The notes below the pieces were generated by a model. That model was given only the letters and a program-made list of their open reading frames with translations, was not told the origin of the DNA and ran no database searches. The position numbers and the translations under genes are program-made. Shown here in pieces: positions 4,695 to 5,768 of a stretch of 5,768 nt of DNA. Origin of the DNA: Rickettsiales bacterium (lineage in GTDB: Bacteria > Pseudomonadota > Alphaproteobacteria > Rs-D84); NCBI GenBank assembly GCA_031259365.1, contig JAIRLP010000080.1, positions 1 through 5,768 of the forward strand, read 5' to 3'. Within the stretch, counting starts at the first letter, position 1, and each line of letters starts with the position of its first letter.

Positions 4695-5768
4695 ATGAAC
4701 CTGTTTGATTCATCTTTCTTATGTCTTGATATTGGAACATCGATTGTACGGGCGGTGGCTCATCGTGTTCGATCGGGGCGCATTACCAGATCTGCACTGT
4801 TTACCGTATCCAGTACCGATACCGTTTTCGCCATTAAATCTGCGGTTGATGAATTAGAAAAGCAAATCTGTTCCAGATTTGATTCAGCATATATCACTGG
4901 AAACTTTGGCAAGGCTGAATTTGAAATTGTCGCCAAAAGCACCACATGGTCCGGTGAACACAAAATCACAACATCAGATATCCGACATCAAATTTCGCAG
5001 ATAAAGCCAAATGAAGGCTTTTATCCGATGCATGTTATTCCGCTGCGATATGACACATCGTCTGCCCGCAATCTGTTAACACCAGTCGGTTATATTGATC
5101 GACAATTGGTTTCTGTGTTTGGGGCAGTCTTTTATGAAACGTCCCGATTGAATGAAATTTTTGCATTCTTGCGCCGCGCACATATCCAGGCCGAATTTCT
5201 GGAAGATCCATCATTTTTGTTAGATGCCATATTTCGTCAAAAAAAACAAACTGCCTTGTTTATTGATTTTGGTGCTGAATTTACCAGCCTGTCTATTTGG
5301 ACCAACAGGGGCCCTGTTTTCTTTGATAAAATAGAAATGGGTCAATCTGCTATTACATGCGCCATTGCTGATGAATTAAATATTCAAAAAACAGATGCTA
5401 TGCGCATTAAAAATTCTGTGGCGTCTGTATCTGCAAACGAAATGGATCGATTTACACCAGCTGACACCACATATGATTTTTCACGCGCAGATGTGAATGA
5501 AATTCTGCTGACAATCTTGCTGGACACGATTGAAGCCGCGACACAATCACTGGCTGGCGCCATTACAAAATACATACCAGCACAAATCTTTGTATCTGGC
5601 GGTGGATCTGGCATAGACGGAATTGACGAACTGTTGGAAAATACATTTAAAATCCCTGTCAAAAATCTGGGTGCGGACGCGACAGTGAATGCTTTGTCGG
5701 CATATATTTGGGCAGAACAGGCACCTCGTATCAAGGCCTATTTAAACAGACGAAACAGATGGCAAAAC
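4695..5768 (+). CDS. ftsA: Cell division protein FtsA (actin-like ATPase fold), divergent; 358 codons, 3' end lies beyond the right edge
   Basis: ATG 4695 is preceded by GGAG (4683..4686). I translated the frame by hand and found it open to 5768; it is absent from the track because no stop lies in the window. Phosphate-1 motif: FLCLDIGTSIVRAV. FtsA-like core: MHVIPLRYD...PVGY. Phosphate-2 position: LFIDFGAEFTSLSIW. Adenosine motif: IFVSGGGSGIDGIDELLENTFKIPV. Its position immediately after ftsQ supports FtsA rather than another actin-like protein. Confidence 0.8.
   Translation, partial: MNLFDSSFLCLDIGTSIVRAVAHRVRSGRITRSALFTVSSTDTVFAIKSAVDELEKQICSRFDSAYITGNFGKAEFEIVAKSTTWSGEHKITTSDIRHQISQIKPNEGFYPMHVIPLRYDTSSARNLLTPVGYIDRQLVSVFGAVFYETSRLNEIFAFLRRAHIQAEFLEDPSFLLDAIFRQKKQTALFIDFGAEFTSLSIWTNRGPVFFDKIEMGQSAITCAIADELNIQKTDAMRIKNSVASVSANEMDRFTPADTTYDFSRADVNEILLTILLDTIEAATQSLAGAITKYIPAQIFVSGGGSGIDGIDELLENTFKIPVKNLGADATVNALSAYIWAEQAPRIKAYLNRRNRWQN

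Noticed and set aside
3648-5734. ORFs 3648..3863 (-), 3894..4076 (-), 4075..4458 (+), 4290..4511 (-), 4760..4969 (-) and 5384..5734 (-)
   Set aside because: These are alternative-frame or antisense shadows of the lipoprotein, ftsQ and ftsA genes, and none carries a motif. 3894..4076 would also run across the ftsQ promoter and RBS.
4695-5768. Reading the actin-like gene as pilM, which would link it to the secretin-like gene
   Set aside because: It lies 30 nt downstream of a clear ftsQ on the same strand, which is the universal ftsQ-ftsA order. It also contains the FtsA-like HVIPxxY...PVG core. The PilM-like phosphate-2 variant is kept as a finding rather than used to rename the gene.
1-5768. 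Scan for CRISPR repeats, IS or transposon ends, tRNA/rRNA/tmRNA, integrase att-like repeats and long direct or inverted repeats
   Set aside because: Visual inspection found nothing. The non-coding gaps total under 200 nt and are accounted for by RBSs and promoter candidates. A computational repeat and ncRNA scan (for example Infernal/Rfam or a self-dot-plot) would be needed to be definitive.

Overview
AT-rich (by eye about 40% GC), almost fully coding window from a diderm (Gram-negative, probably proteobacterial) genome. It holds seven genes in two divergent blocks. Minus strand, 3434 down to 1: a four-gene cluster with only 15-18 nt between genes. In order these are an unrecognisable 107-aa cytoplasmic protein, a 445-aa lipoprotein whose domain pattern reads like a compact lipidated secretin, a single LolC/E-family permease, and LolD (truncated by the left edge; absent from the ORF track). 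Plus strand, 3511 to 5768: a small two-cysteine lipoprotein, FtsQ, and a divergent FtsA (runs off the right edge; absent from the ORF track). The two blocks are separated by about 76 bp that carry back-to-back, overlapping sigma70-like promoter candidates. No tRNA, rRNA, CRISPR array, IS element or long repeat was seen. The most interesting signal is the secretin-like lipoprotein plus unknown small protein in the same tight cluster as the lipoprotein-sorting ABC transporter, with a possible lipoprotein cargo gene transcribed divergently and no pilus or T2SS genes in view. All family assignments come from motif reading by eye, not from searches.
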